Positions 28,170 to 38,796 of a stretch of 64,000 bases of DNA are shown here, in pieces. Source of the stretch: Clostridia bacterium (GTDB taxonomy: Bacteria > Bacillota > Clostridia > Oscillospirales > CAG-272); assembly GCA_017412045.1 (NCBI GenBank), contig JAFQOX010000105.1, positions 43,120-107,119 on the forward strand. The letters are read 5' to 3'. How positions within the stretch are numbered: position 1 is the stretch's first letter; each line of letters begins with the position of its first letter. Position numbers and translations under genes: made by a program. Below the pieces are notes generated by a model, which ran no database searches, was not told the origin of the DNA, and worked only from the letters and a program-made list of their open reading frames with translations.

Positions 28170-30377
28170 TTATTTGGCATAACCGCGAGTAACATCGTGG
28201 ACGCCTTTGATAGATTTTAATTTTGAGATAATGCTGTTGAAATGATCCAGATTTTTACAAGAAACGCTGATATTGATCAAAGACTGAATACCGAGCTTCT
28301 GACTGTTGATCTGAAGGATGGACACCCGCATTTCTGCGAGCGCAACGCTGATATCCGCGAGCATGGAGATTCTGTCCTCGGCAACGATCTGCATGAGCGC
28401 CTCGTATTGCTGATCCTTCTGCGTGCCGGAAACCTTTCTCCATTCCACGTTGACGAGCCTGTCTTTGTTCTGTTCCGTGCAATGGATGATATGCGGACAA
28501 TCGCATTTGTGAACTGAAATTCCATATCCCTTGGTAATAAAGCCAACAATATTGTCGCCCGGCAAGGGATTGCAGCATCTTGCGAATTTCACCTGACAGC
28601 CCTCCAGACCGTCGACAATGACGTTTCCGTATTCGCCGGAAGGCTTCTTTTCCGCTACGGGGATCTGCGATACGCTCGTGATCGGAGCGGCTTCCGTGGC
28701 GGGCGTGATGACTTTGTCGTATTCATCACGCAGGCGGTTGATGATCTTATTGACGGAAAGACCGCCGTAACCGATCATGTTGAAAAGATCGTCTGCGGAT
28801 TCCATGCCGACGCGGGAAGCCACGGTGGAGGTAATGGCGTTGAACTGATCCTCGTTGAAGGTTCCGGGGAATTTACGCATTTCCGCAAGGATTTCACTCC
28901 TGCCCTCCACGATATTTTCCGATCTTCTTTCCTTCTTGAAGAATTGACGGATTTTTCCTCTCGCCTCACTGGTTTGAACGATTTTCAGCCAATTTCGGCT
29001 CGGCCCCTTCGACGAGGAGGAGGTCAGAATTTCAACGATCTCGCCGTTTTCAAGCGTTCGGTCGATCGGAACGATCTTGCCGTTGACCTTTGCGCCGACC
29101 ATACGGTTGCCGACCTGCGAATGGATATGATAAGCAAAGTCGATGCAGTTGGCGTTCTGCGGCAAGGTAACGACGTCGCCGTTCGGTGTAAATACGAAGG
29201 TTTCATCCTGGAAAATATCAATTTTGATCGCGTTGATGAACTCGTCCGGGTCTGCCGTGCTGGATTCATTCTCGACGAGCTTGGCAATCCATTCCAGCTT
29301 TTTGTCCAGACTGACGTCACTCTTTTCGCCGGATTTATACTTCCAATGCGCGGCGATACCGAATTCAGCAACGTGATGCATATCCCACGTACGAATCTGC
29401 ACCTCAAAGGGGACGGCATCCTGACCGATAACGGTCGTGTGCAAGGAGCGGTACATATTCGGCTTGGGGATCGAGATATAATCTTTAAATCTGCCGGGCA
29501 TGGAATTGAACATATCGTGAATAATGCCGAGAACGGTATAGCATTCCAGCTCGGTGTTTACGATCACGCGAATGGCGTAAAAGTCGTAAATTTCATCGAA
29601 GCTTTTGTTTTGACGGAACATTTTGCGGTATACGCTGTATACGGATTTCACGCGTCCCTCCAGCGTACACTCAATGCCGCTCTCTCTGACTTTTTTCTCG
29701 ATCGCGGCTTTGGTATGATCGACCAGTGTCTTATTCATGCCGAATTTTCTGTTGATGTCGTTCTGTACTTCGCGATAACCGATGGGATCCAGATAGGACA
29801 GCGCGAGATTTTCGATTTCCTGCTTGACTCTCTGCACACCGAGACGATGCGCCAGAGGCGCGTATACGTGCATGGTCTCCAGCGCGATCATACGGCGTTT
29901 GGCTTCCGGCTGCGCGTTGAGCGTACGCATATTATGCAATCTGTCTGCCAGCTTGATAAAGATGACGCGAATGTCCTTGGACATGGCGAGGAACATTTTT
30001 CGGAGATTTTCCATATGCTCGTCTTCCTTATCGTTGAAGGGGATCTGGACCAGCTTCGTCAGACCGTCTACCATCTGCGCGACTTGTTCGCCGAATTCCT
30101 TTTTCAATTTTACAAGGTCGACCTTGTCCGAGCAGTCCTCGACCGTATCGTGAAGGAGCGCCGCGCAAATGGAGTCGGAGTCCAAGCCGAGGTTGGCGAC
30201 GATTTTTGATACCGCTACGGGATGACAGATATAAGCCTCACCGCTTTTGCGGAATTGACCTTCGTGCAATGCTTTGGCGGTTTCGTACGCCTTCGTTATT
30301 TTTTCGATATTATAGTTTTTTCCGCTTGCGGCGAGCGTTTGCAACAAGCTTTCAAATCCGTCTGATGTATTATTCAT
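28170..30377 (-). CDS. relA: Bifunctional (p)ppGpp synthetase/hydrolase RelA/SpoT (Rel)
   Basis: 735 aa from ATG 30377 (GGAGGAAGGAGAG upstream). HD hydrolase (HPVAV...LLHDTVED), synthetase (YRSLHT), TGS and ACT domains. The 48-codon upstream extension in the track overlaps recJ. Confidence 0.96.
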   Translation of the reverse strand: MNNTSDGFESLLQTLAASGKNYNIEKITKAYETAKALHEGQFRKSGEAYICHPVAVSKIVANLGLDSDSICAALLHDTVEDCSDKVDLVKLKKEFGEQVAQMVDGLTKLVQIPFNDKEDEHMENLRKMFLAMSKDIRVIFIKLADRLHNMRTLNAQPEAKRRMIALETMHVYAPLAHRLGVQRVKQEIENLALSYLDPIGYREVQNDINRKFGMNKTLVDHTKAAIEKKVRESGIECTLEGRVKSVYSVYRKMFRQNKSFDEIYDFYAIRVIVNTELECYTVLGIIHDMFNSMPGRFKDYISIPKPNMYRSLHTTVIGQDAVPFEVQIRTWDMHHVAEFGIAAHWKYKSGEKSDVSLDKKLEWIAKLVENESSTADPDEFINAIKIDIFQDETFVFTPNGDVVTLPQNANCIDFAYHIHSQVGNRMVGAKVNGKIVPIDRTLENGEIVEILTSSSSKGPSRNWLKIVQTSEARGKIRQFFKKERRSENIVEGRSEILAEMRKFPGTFNEDQFNAITSTVASRVGMESADDLFNMIGYGGLSVNKIINRLRDEYDKVITPATEAAPITSVSQIPVAEKKPSGEYGNVIVDGLEGCQVKFARCCNPLPGDNIVGFITKGYGISVHKCDCPHIIHCTEQNKDRLVNVEWRKVSGTQKDQQYEALMQIVAEDRISMLADISVALAEMRVSILQINSQKLGIQSLINISVSCKNLDHFNSIISKLKSIKGVHDVTRGYAK

Positions 30378-30400
30378 AAGCTCTCCTTCCTCCGTACGGC

Positions 30401-32503
30401 TCAATTCTGCATAAGCGTGCGCATGAGCGGCGCTGCATAGAGATCCTTTTTTTCTTTGGTTTGTAATTGACGAATACGGTATGCGCCGACGGAAATCTTC
30501 TTCCACGTAAGCAGATCGCATTCCGAAAGGGTTTCCAGGATGATCAATAATTTCAAATGCGGCATTTCGGGGAAAACGGATTTCAGCTTCATAAGAGTGA
30601 TTCTTTTTTCCTTCTGGAAGCCTTCCTCCCGCAAAAATTTATAAACCACGGCAAAATCCTGTCTTTTCGGTATGACATGGTGATCGAAAAAGAGAGAATC
30701 CTGCTTCAATTTCACGAGATTGTTTTCAACCGTCTCGATCTCCCGCAACGTCTGATCCGCGTAATCAATATCACGAATGATCAACTGTACCGTCTTATTT
30801 CCGCGGAATTCATTGATGTTCATAGAGCACAGCACGTCTGCGTAAATGCCGACGGAAAATCCTTCGTCCAAAAGATTGTGTCCGAAGCATACGGCAGCAA
30901 TGCCGGTTTCGTTCTTGTTCAGATAAAGACGGCTATGCTTTCCCATGCTGAGAGGCGCGATTTCATCAATGCGAACGTTTTTCAAAACGAATACCGGTTC
31001 CGGATTTTTCGCGCCGTACGGCTCCAGCTTCGCAATGTCCTCGATGGTATCCATCGTGACGTCCCGTTCGTCGATTTCGGCTTCCGCAGACGTTTTTACG
31101 ATACAATCGGGAGAAGAAAGGTAGGGGTGCGCATATTCATTCAAGGCTTTTCTGAACGCGTCCAAATTGCCGCGCTCGACAGAGAGACCTGCCGCAAGCG
31201 CATGCCCGCCGTATTTGATCAGCAGGTCGGAACAGCTGGACAGCGCTTCCACGATATTCAATCCCTTGATGCTTCTGGCAGAGCCTTTTCCGGGATCGTG
31301 ATCCGACGGTTCATCGGAATCAAAGGAGATCAGAATGGAGGGCTTGCCGAAAAGCTCCGTCACCTTGGAAGCGACGATGCCGATGACGCCCTGGTGCCAA
31401 TGATCGCTCGCCAGAACGATCACGCTTTCCTTTTCGACGTCGTGCTCCGTTTCGATCTGCTTCAAGGCTTCTTCAAAAATGAGGTTTTCCGTCTGCTGGC
31501 GCTCCTTATTGGTGACGCAGAGCTCCTCTGCAATCACGCTTGCGTAGTGTGGAGAATTGGTCAGAAAAAGACTCACCGCCCTCGAAGCATCGCCGATTCT
31601 GCCCGCCGCATTGATTCTCGGCGCAAGCGTATAGCCGATCGTGGAGGCTGTGATTTTTTTGGTATCGTCGATACCGACCGAGCGAAGAAGCGCGCGTACG
31701 CCCACGTTGGAGGTGTTGGAAAGCAGATGGAGACCCATATGTACCATGATACGGTTCTCGTCATATAAGGGCATAACGTCCGCGATGGTACCGATCGTCA
31801 CAAGGTCGATATAACGGCGGCACATATCCTTGACGGTGAAAATATTATATTCACCGAAATTGAGAATGTCCATTTCCAAAGCGCAAAGAAGCTTAAAAAC
31901 CACGCCGACACCGGAAAGCTCCTTAAATGGGTACTTGCAATCCGGGCGTCTGGGATTGACGACGGCTTCACAAACGGGAAGCTCGGGGCGGCATTGGTGG
32001 TGGTCCGTAACGACGACGTCCAAGCCGATCGTTTTGGCATAAGCGATCTCATTCAGCGCCGTAATACCGGTATCCACGGTGATAACCAACGTGGTGCCGG
32101 TGTCTTTGATGGTGTGAAATGCGCCGATATTGAGTCCGTAGCCTTCGCTTTCCCTCGTTGGAATGTAATAGTCCACGTCGACACCGTGCTCCTTCAGATA
32201 CATATACAGTATTGACACGGAGGTAACGCCGTCAACGTCATAGTCGCCGTAAATCGTGATTTTTTCTTCGCGGGACATCGCCAGACGAATACGGGCGGTT
32301 GCCTTTCTCATATCCTCCAGCAAATAGGGATCGTATAGAAAAGCGTCTGATTTTTCAATAAACGAGCGGGCCGGCGCCACGTCCGTATAGCCTCTGTTGA
32401 TCAGAAGCTTTGCGCATAAGGGCTTGATGCGGAGGGAATCCGCGAGCAATTTCACGTTTTTTTCGTCATGGCTCGGAATCATCCAGCGACTTTTATCATA
32501 CAT
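30401..32503 (-). CDS. recJ: Single-stranded-DNA-specific exonuclease RecJ
   Basis: 700 aa. DHH motifs (IYGDYDVDGVTS, TVDTG, VTDHH) and a DHHA1-type GGHALAAG. Confidence 0.95.
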   Translation of the reverse strand: MYDKSRWMIPSHDEKNVKLLADSLRIKPLCAKLLINRGYTDVAPARSFIEKSDAFLYDPYLLEDMRKATARIRLAMSREEKITIYGDYDVDGVTSVSILYMYLKEHGVDVDYYIPTRESEGYGLNIGAFHTIKDTGTTLVITVDTGITALNEIAYAKTIGLDVVVTDHHQCRPELPVCEAVVNPRRPDCKYPFKELSGVGVVFKLLCALEMDILNFGEYNIFTVKDMCRRYIDLVTIGTIADVMPLYDENRIMVHMGLHLLSNTSNVGVRALLRSVGIDDTKKITASTIGYTLAPRINAAGRIGDASRAVSLFLTNSPHYASVIAEELCVTNKERQQTENLIFEEALKQIETEHDVEKESVIVLASDHWHQGVIGIVASKVTELFGKPSILISFDSDEPSDHDPGKGSARSIKGLNIVEALSSCSDLLIKYGGHALAAGLSVERGNLDAFRKALNEYAHPYLSSPDCIVKTSAEAEIDERDVTMDTIEDIAKLEPYGAKNPEPVFVLKNVRIDEIAPLSMGKHSRLYLNKNETGIAAVCFGHNLLDEGFSVGIYADVLCSMNINEFRGNKTVQLIIRDIDYADQTLREIETVENNLVKLKQDSLFFDHHVIPKRQDFAVVYKFLREEGFQKEKRITLMKLKSVFPEMPHLKLLIILETLSECDLLTWKKISVGAYRIRQLQTKEKKDLYAAPLMRTLMQN

Positions 32504-32570
32504 TCAAATCCCTCCTTTTTTCTTTGATTTTATCCTTGATTATCATAACTTCCTGGTTTTAAATATATTG

Positions 32571-34175
32571 TTACGTTTCGTTTGGCTTATATTTTTTCAT
32601 AATGGCAAGCGCGCATTTGATGCCGTCCACGGCGGCGCTTGTAATACCGCCCGCATAGCCCGCGCCTTCTCCGCACGGATACAGATTGGAGAAGCGAACG
32701 GCAAGATAATCCTCGTTTCTCGGAATGCGGATCGGAGACGACGTTCTCGTTTCCACACCGGTCAGAACGGCATCGTTGGCGGCAAAGCCCTTCAGTTTTT
32801 TATCAAAATTCATAAATCCGAATCGCAGGGATTCCGTTACGAAAGAGGGCAGAACCTTATCCATGTCCGTCATCGTGACCTTGCCGTCCCGATAGGTCGG
32901 CAAAACGCCGGAAGGCAAAGTGTTTTTCGTTTTTCCGAGAAAATCTCCCATCGTCTGGCAAGGCGCGTCGTAGGAACGGTTGGCTGCCAGATAGGCGGTT
33001 TGCTCCAGCTTTCTCTGAAATTCAATCGCCAGATCTACCCGATTTCCGTAATCGGAGGGATTGACGGAGACTGCGACCGCGCTGTTGGCGTTTTTGCCGT
33101 CGCGTCGGAAATTGCTCATGCCGTTCGTAACGACGCCGCCCTCCTCGCTTGCAGCCGCCACGACCTGACCGCCGGGGCACATACAGAAGGTATATACACC
33201 GCGGTTTTCGTTATGACAGGAGAGATTATATTCCCCTTTGGGGAGTGCGGGATGTCCCGCAGATTTACCGTATAGGGCGAAGTCGATATTCTCCTGCAAA
33301 TGCTCTACGCGCACGCCCACGGAGAAAGCCTTCGCCGTCATTTCCACGCCGTGGGAGGAAAGCATGGAAAACGTATCTCTCGCGCTGTGGCCGAGAGCAA
33401 GAACGAGAAGCGAACAAGGCAATTCACCCTTGCTCGTCCTGATGGAAGCGATTCTGCCGTTTGAAATGACGAGATCCTCCAATTTCGTTTGGAAAAGGAC
33501 TTCTCCGCCCAAACGGATGATCTCTTTTTCGGCGTTCTCGACGACTTTTTTCAAATAATCCGTTCCGACGTGAGGCTTTGCCTTATACAGAACCTCTTCG
33601 GGTGCGCCGAAGCGGTGCATTTCGGAAAGCACGTATCCGCATTTCGGATCGTTGATCCTCGTTACCAATTTGCCGTCGGAAAAGGTGCCCGCGCCGCCGG
33701 CGCCGAATTGGATATTAGATTCCGGATTCAGGATGCCGGAGCGAAAGAAGGCTTCCACGTCCGCCGTTCTTTGCTTGACGGAGGCGCCTCTTTCGATGAC
33801 GATCGGTCGGTATCCGTGCTTGGCAAGCAACAGTGCGCAGAAGATTCCGCAGGGACCGAAGCCTACGACGACGGGGCGTCCGTCCATTCGTTCCGTTCCG
33901 AATTCAATGGACATTTCTTCGTCAGGCATGGGCGCGATGCCATCCTTCAGCATTGCGTTTTCGTTTACGCGCGGAGCTTCATGAATCTGCGCGGATACGG
34001 AATAAACGAATAAAATATTTTCCTTTTTTCTGGCATCGATCGAAGATTTATAAATCTTCAGTTCTCCGATTGCATTTTTGGGAAAGAATTTCAAAAGACG
34101 ATGCTTTGCCACCGTCAAAGCATCGTCTTTTGATCTCTCAATTGATAATTTTATGTTTTGAACAATATAGGTCAT
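32571..34175 (-). CDS. FAD-dependent oxidoreductase (COG2509-like)
   Basis: About 534 aa from ATG 34175 (MTYIVQNIKLSIE...). Dinucleotide-binding VVVGFGPCGIFCALLLAKHG. The TTG at 34202 in the track overlaps the upstream gene. Confidence 0.75.
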   Translation of the reverse strand: MTYIVQNIKLSIERSKDDALTVAKHRLLKFFPKNAIGELKIYKSSIDARKKENILFVYSVSAQIHEAPRVNENAMLKDGIAPMPDEEMSIEFGTERMDGRPVVVGFGPCGIFCALLLAKHGYRPIVIERGASVKQRTADVEAFFRSGILNPESNIQFGAGGAGTFSDGKLVTRINDPKCGYVLSEMHRFGAPEEVLYKAKPHVGTDYLKKVVENAEKEIIRLGGEVLFQTKLEDLVISNGRIASIRTSKGELPCSLLVLALGHSARDTFSMLSSHGVEMTAKAFSVGVRVEHLQENIDFALYGKSAGHPALPKGEYNLSCHNENRGVYTFCMCPGGQVVAAASEEGGVVTNGMSNFRRDGKNANSAVAVSVNPSDYGNRVDLAIEFQRKLEQTAYLAANRSYDAPCQTMGDFLGKTKNTLPSGVLPTYRDGKVTMTDMDKVLPSFVTESLRFGFMNFDKKLKGFAANDAVLTGVETRTSSPIRIPRNEDYLAVRFSNLYPCGEGAGYAGGITSAAVDGIKCALAIMKKYKPNET

Positions 34176-34191
34176 AGCTGTATTCCACTTT

Positions 34192-34695
34192 TCATGATTC
34201 AACGCTGTTTTTTGTTATAATAACCTCGATAAATTCCTGTGATTTTTCCGTACAGGAAACCTCGGCAGGCAGATCGACCATCAGAGGAAGCTGAACGATC
34301 TTCATATCCGTGATTTCGGACAAATTTACCGTAGACAGATCGACGTAAATATCCGCGCCGCCGAGAGGGAGCTGGCTGATATGCCAAGTCTTTCCGCTGA
34401 TCGTATAATTTACCTTTACGTTGTTATTGTATTCCACCTTATAGCCCTTGGATTCCACGGCAGCCAGCCTCTTGACCGTTACGGAAGCGGACTGGAATTT
34501 GATTTCCGTTACGCTGACAGAGGAAGCATACCCCCAGATCAAAAAAGCAAACATGAGAGAAACAATCGCAATGGTTATTTTCGAACGTCTCTTTTTCTTA
34601 GCCTCGCAGAGATCCTCGGCGGTCATTTCACGATCGCCCGTGTGTTTGGTCCATGCATTTTCAAAGAAATGAAATTTGTTCTTATTCTTTTTCAT
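34192..34695 (-). CDS. YbbR-like domain protein (short CdaR-like regulator of CdaA)
   Basis: 167 aa. N-terminal TM, then a single YbbR-type beta-rich segment. Sits immediately downstream of cdaA, like cdaR. Confidence 0.6.
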   Translation of the reverse strand: MKKNKNKFHFFENAWTKHTGDREMTAEDLCEAKKKRRSKITIAIVSLMFAFLIWGYASSVSVTEIKFQSASVTVKRLAAVESKGYKVEYNNNVKVNYTISGKTWHISQLPLGGADIYVDLSTVNLSEITDMKIVQLPLMVDLPAEVSCTEKSQEFIEVIITKNSVES

Positions 34696-34714
34696 ACCGT
34701 GAAAAATCCTTCCT

Positions 34715-35533
34715 TTAATTTTTATTGGAAAGCAAAGCCGACAGTTCCTGCTTCAGCATATTGTAATCGTAATTTCTTCTCAATTCGCCGTTCACCGCCA
34801 TAGAGATGGTTCCCGTCTCTTCGGAAACGATGATCGAGATCGCATCGCTGTTCTCACTCATGCCGATTGCCGCGCGGTGTCTGGTGCCCAGATCTTTCAG
34901 AATGTCGTTTCTTTCCGTCATGGGAAGAACGCACCCTGCCGCGTAAACACGGTTATTTCTGATGATGACCGCGCCGTCATGAAGCGGTGCCTTGTTGAAG
35001 AAAATATTTTTCAGAATCGAAACGCTGATATCTGCGTTTACGATCGTTGTTTTGGGTTTGTCGAGAATGTCGCCCAGAGGCGTGCTTCTTTCAATTACGA
35101 TGAGAGCGCCCGTATAATCTCTGGAGAGCTCCGTTACCGCCTGACATATATTGGAAAGGGCGTCATCGTTGGAATAATCCTTTTCCTTCAAGGAAACCGT
35201 ATGCTTTAACGTTTTGACCGAAGTTCCGCCAATCTGCTCCAAGGCAGAGCGAAGCTCCGGCTGGAACAAAAGCAATAGTGCAACCACGCCGACCTGCACG
35301 ATATTGGAAAACAAAAAATTCATAGCGTACATATGAAAAATCTCACTGAACAACAAGAGACCGAGCACGATTACTACGCCGATCGCCAATTTACCTGCGC
35401 GCCGCTCGCGGATAAAGTGGATCAGATAATAAAGCAACACCGTTACCAGAACGATATCCAGAGCATCCATCACTGTAAACCGTTTAAAGATAAAGGATAA
35501 ACAGTTGAAAAGTTTTTCTAAAATAATTTGCAC
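34715..35533 (-). CDS. cdaA: Diadenylate cyclase CdaA
   Basis: 272 aa. Three N-terminal TMs, DAC domain with DGAVII and LGTRHRAAIG...SEETG. GTG start with GGAGG 6 nt upstream. Confidence 0.93.
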   Translation of the reverse strand: MQIILEKLFNCLSFIFKRFTVMDALDIVLVTVLLYYLIHFIRERRAGKLAIGVVIVLGLLLFSEIFHMYAMNFLFSNIVQVGVVALLLLFQPELRSALEQIGGTSVKTLKHTVSLKEKDYSNDDALSNICQAVTELSRDYTGALIVIERSTPLGDILDKPKTTIVNADISVSILKNIFFNKAPLHDGAVIIRNNRVYAAGCVLPMTERNDILKDLGTRHRAAIGMSENSDAISIIVSEETGTISMAVNGELRRNYDYNMLKQELSALLSNKN

Positions 35534-35646
35534 GATTTACCTCCGCCTACATTCGCATAATTTTTTCAGTAAATATATTATACTATATAATTTATAATAA
35601 ATAAATAGTTTTTTCATATTTTTTATGGGAATTTTCAAAAAAATAT

Positions 35647-35675
35647 TTATCAATCGCCATAATTTATGGTATAAT
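35647..35675 (+). promoter_or_regulatory. Sigma-A-type promoter (extended -10) upstream of ispD
   Basis: TTATCA-17 nt-TATAAT with TGg immediately upstream of the -10. Confidence 0.5.
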
Positions 35676-35723
35676 GTTCATATCGTAAGCATTTTATAAA
35701 TTCATGTAATCGGAGGTAAAAGC

Positions 35724-36494
35724 ATGGCATCTCATATTATTCAGAATATTGCAAAAATATGTAATCAAGTAACGACCGAAAAAGCGAAAAAGCCCTATGT
35801 GGTCGCAATCATTCTTGCTGCCGGCAGAAGCACGCGTATGCAGGATGACACGCAAACCAAGCAAATGATGAAGGTTGACGAAATTCCGATCGTCGTTCGC
35901 TCGCTGCTGGCTTTTGAAGCGTGCCCCTGTGTGGACGAGATCTTCGTCGTCGGTCTGAAGGAAGAGCTTTCCATCTATTCGGAATATAAAAGAATCTACG
36001 GCATAACGAAGCTGAAAAAAGCAATTCCGGGTGGAGATTGCCGCGTAAAATCCGCGCAAAACGGATATTCACATCTTCCCAAGGAATGTGAATACGTTGC
36101 CTTCCACGACGCCGCTCGCTGTCTGATCACCGCAAGGGACGTCGAGCGTGTGATCCGAGGCGGTTTCCGCTACGGCGCCGCCATCGCTGCAAAAAAGAGC
36201 ACGGATACGATCAAGATCGCCAATAAAGATAAATACGTCGAAAATACGCCCGACAGAAATACGGTCTGGATGGCGCAAACGCCTCAGGTATTTAAAAAAT
36301 CTCTCTACGAGGTTGCTCTCGCAAAAGCGGAAAAGCTGGACGAAACAGTAACGGACGACGCCATGCTGGCGGAAAATGCGGGATTCCACGTAAAGCTGAT
36401 CCACTGCGAGGATGAAAATATCAAAATAACAACGCCGGATGATATTATGTATGCGGAATATATATTGAAAAAAAGAAGATCCGCAAACAAATAA
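35724..36494 (+). CDS. ispD: 2-C-methyl-D-erythritol 4-phosphate cytidylyltransferase
   Basis: 256 aa. [14 protein letters not shown] glycine-rich loop, VHDAAR-like FHDAARC. Confidence 0.92.
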   Translation: MASHIIQNIAKICNQVTTEKAKKPYVVAIILAAGRSTRMQDDTQTKQMMKVDEIPIVVRSLLAFEACPCVDEIFVVGLKEELSIYSEYKRIYGITKLKKAIPGGDCRVKSAQNGYSHLPKECEYVAFHDAARCLITARDVERVIRGGFRYGAAIAAKKSTDTIKIANKDKYVENTPDRNTVWMAQTPQVFKKSLYEVALAKAEKLDETVTDDAMLAENAGFHVKLIHCEDENIKITTPDDIMYAEYILKKRRSANK

Positions 36495-36523
36495 TTTTTT
36501 ATAGTCCAAGAGGAGAAACGATC

Positions 36524-37003
36524 ATGAACTTTCGAATTGGTCACGGATATGACGTACATAAGCTTGTCCCCGACAGAAAATTGATCATAGGGGGCGTTAC
36601 CATTCCCTATGAAATGGGACTGCTCGGTCATTCCGATGCTGACGTACTTTCTCACGCCATCGCAGACGCGCTCCTCGGCGCGGCGGGCAAGCGTGACATC
36701 GGTTATTATTTTCCGGATACCGATCCGCGGTATAAAGGCGTTTCCAGTCTGCTCCTGCTTTCCGAGGTATCGGCGCTTTTAAGAGAGGATGGTTATTGTA
36801 TCGGAAACATCGACTGCACGTTGATCGCGCAGGCGCCGAAAATGGCTCCGCATCTTGTCGATATGATTGCCAATATAGCAAAATCGTTAAACGTTTCCGC
36901 GGATTCGATCAATATTAAGGCGACAACAGAAGAAAAACTCGGATTTACGGGAAGAAAGGAAGGCATCTCTGCGCATGCAGTATGCATAATTGAAAAAAAA
37001 TGA
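36524..37003 (+). CDS. ispF: 2-C-methyl-D-erythritol 2,4-cyclodiphosphate synthase
   Basis: 159 aa. [11 protein letters not shown]...[12 protein letters not shown]...FPDTDP signature. Confidence 0.96.
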   Translation: MNFRIGHGYDVHKLVPDRKLIIGGVTIPYEMGLLGHSDADVLSHAIADALLGAAGKRDIGYYFPDTDPRYKGVSSLLLLSEVSALLREDGYCIGNIDCTLIAQAPKMAPHLVDMIANIAKSLNVSADSINIKATTEEKLGFTGRKEGISAHAVCIIEKK

Positions 37004-37080
37004 TTTTTCATATTTAGCGAAAAAATTCATTTTTCTTCCATTTTCTGACAATATACCAAGCGGATATATCCATCATGCAC

Positions 37081-37108
37081 AGGAAATTGCGTTTATTTTG
37101 ATGATTAT
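37081..37108 (+). promoter_or_regulatory. Sigma-H-like promoter candidate upstream of spo0A
   Basis: AGGAAAT-12 nt-GatGATTat compared with the Bacillus sigma-H consensus R-AGGAWWW-(11-12)-R--GAATWW, with one mismatch in the -10. spo0A has a sigma-H promoter in Bacillus. Confidence 0.35.
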
Positions 37109-37214
37109 TTTTGCCCCCATAATGATTGCTCTTTCAATCGTTTTATGATAACATATGACTGCAAGTGTTTTTGAAGCGGATATTGCGACAAAAAAATCAA
37201 AGGAGACGAAAATT

Positions 37215-38009
37215 ATGGAACAAAAGATCAAAATTTTAATCGCAGACGAAAGCGAAAAATTCAGAAAAGACGCGCGTGAATACCTGAGCCGTTACGGCGT
37301 GGAATTTGTTGCCGAAGTAAGTGACGGTACGGATATTTTCGCCAAAATCAAGCAGACGGTGCCGGACGTGATTCTGATCGACGTATGGCTCCCCAAAACA
37401 GACGCCGTTCAGGTCATCAGAAAAACGAACCAGATTTTTGAAACGAGCGCAGCCATCGTACCGAATTTTATCGTTTTTTCCTGCTGTTCAAACCCCAACC
37501 TTTTTGAAGAAGCGACCGAAGCGGGTGCCGCCTACTGTATGCAGAAGCCTGTCGATTATAGCATCCTTTATGAAAGAATGCTCCGCATTTGCCGAAACAG
37601 AAAGAACGCAACGCGCTCCAAAAACGGATTGCATTCTCAGTTCCTTCCCGACCGGAACGATCTGGAGGCACAGGTGACCGGAATTATTCATAAGATCGGC
37701 GTTCCCGCGCACATCAAAGGTTATCAATATTTACGTACGGCAATCATCATGACGATCGAAGACTCCGATCTGATCAACGCCGTCACGAAAGTGCTCTATC
37801 CGACAGTTGCCAAGAAATATCAGACAACGTCCTCCCGCGTGGAGAGAGCGATCCGTCATGCGATCGAGGTTGCTTGGGACAGAGGCGATCTGGATACTCT
37901 GAACGCGTATTTCGGTTATACGATACAGAACGAACGAGGCAAGCCCACCAACTCCGAATTTATAGCCATGATTGCGGATAATCTTCGGTTGAGGAACAAA
38001 ATTTCATAA
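37215..38009 (+). CDS. spo0A: Sporulation master regulator Spo0A
   Basis: 264 aa from ATG 37215 (RBS AAAGGAG). Receiver domain (ILIADE...VILIDVWLP). C-terminal Spo0A-specific block [16 protein letters not shown]...[15 protein letters not shown]. Confidence 0.95.
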   Translation: MEQKIKILIADESEKFRKDAREYLSRYGVEFVAEVSDGTDIFAKIKQTVPDVILIDVWLPKTDAVQVIRKTNQIFETSAAIVPNFIVFSCCSNPNLFEEATEAGAAYCMQKPVDYSILYERMLRICRNRKNATRSKNGLHSQFLPDRNDLEAQVTGIIHKIGVPAHIKGYQYLRTAIIMTIEDSDLINAVTKVLYPTVAKKYQTTSSRVERAIRHAIEVAWDRGDLDTLNAYFGYTIQNERGKPTNSEFIAMIADNLRLRNKIS

Positions 38010-38055
38010 TTGAAAAATTGATTTCCCACAAGCTAAAAAATCATAAGATAAAAGT

Positions 38056-38093
38056 ACACTTGCAGCCGTTACGGTTGCAAGTGTTTTTCTTTT
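38056..38093. terminator. Bidirectional terminator between spo0A (+) and the HD-domain gene (-)
   Basis: ACACTTGCA-gccgttacggt-TGCAAGTGT followed by TTTTTCTTTT on the + strand. The minus strand has a weaker T-rich tract. Confidence 0.75.
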
Positions 38094-38133
38094 GGTTATC
38101 TGTAAAAGAGCGTGCTTCAGACATCAAAGCGTC

Positions 38134-38796
38134 TCAGATCAGATTTTGACCGTTAATATTCAATTGGAATCGCAATTGCAATTTTTCAGCCGCCTTTCGG
38201 CACAAAATCATACGCTCCATAAAAATCTCAAAAAACTCCATGACCGAGCTGAACGAATCGTCAATCCGCAACAGCAAAGTGATATTCTTGCGTTCTTCAT
38301 CAATTTTCAGTTCTGCGCTTTGCACGGAATAATTGACACGGTCGTGAATGTCAAAGGCGTCGACGTTTCTGTTGCGTACGCGGCTCCGCCGTACGTCGGA
38401 TTTGTCAGCGAGGATCAATGCCGCCGCAATCGGACTGATGGGCACGCCCGTACCTTCGTCATGATTTCCGATGGCGGCAATCACGTCAGAAAGATCCTCC
38501 GTTTCCATCCCCAGCTTATCCAGAATACGAAACGCCATCACGGCACCGCTCTGGGAATGCTCAATACGGTTGACGAGATTTCCGATATCGTGCATATATC
38601 CGGCAATTTTCACGAGCTCGACTTCACGGTCGGAGTATCCGAGCGTCGTCAGAATATACGCGGCGGCATCGCTGACCTTCAAAACGTGAGAAAAGCTATG
38701 CTCCGTAAAACCAAGAACGGAGAGCGCATCGTCCGATTTTTTGATATAAGTCTTGATATCCAGATTTTTTCTGATTTCTTCAAATGTAATCATCAT
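38134..38796 (-). CDS. HD-domain phosphohydrolase-family protein
   Basis: 220 aa. H...HD metal ligands (HSFSHV, YMHDIGN, GNHDE, ADKSD). Confidence 0.75.
   Translation of the reverse strand: MMITFEEIRKNLDIKTYIKKSDDALSVLGFTEHSFSHVLKVSDAAAYILTTLGYSDREVELVKIAGYMHDIGNLVNRIEHSQSGAVMAFRILDKLGMETEDLSDVIAAIGNHDEGTGVPISPIAAALILADKSDVRRSRVRNRNVDAFDIHDRVNYSVQSAELKIDEERKNITLLLRIDDSFSSVMEFFEIFMERMILCRKAAEKLQLRFQLNINGQNLI

Noticed and set aside
30378-30521. 48-codon N-terminal extension of the relA ORF (783-aa version in the track)
   Set aside because: It overlaps the 3' end of recJ and has no RBS. ATG 30377 has a strong GGAGGAAGGAGAG upstream and gives the normal Rel N-terminus.
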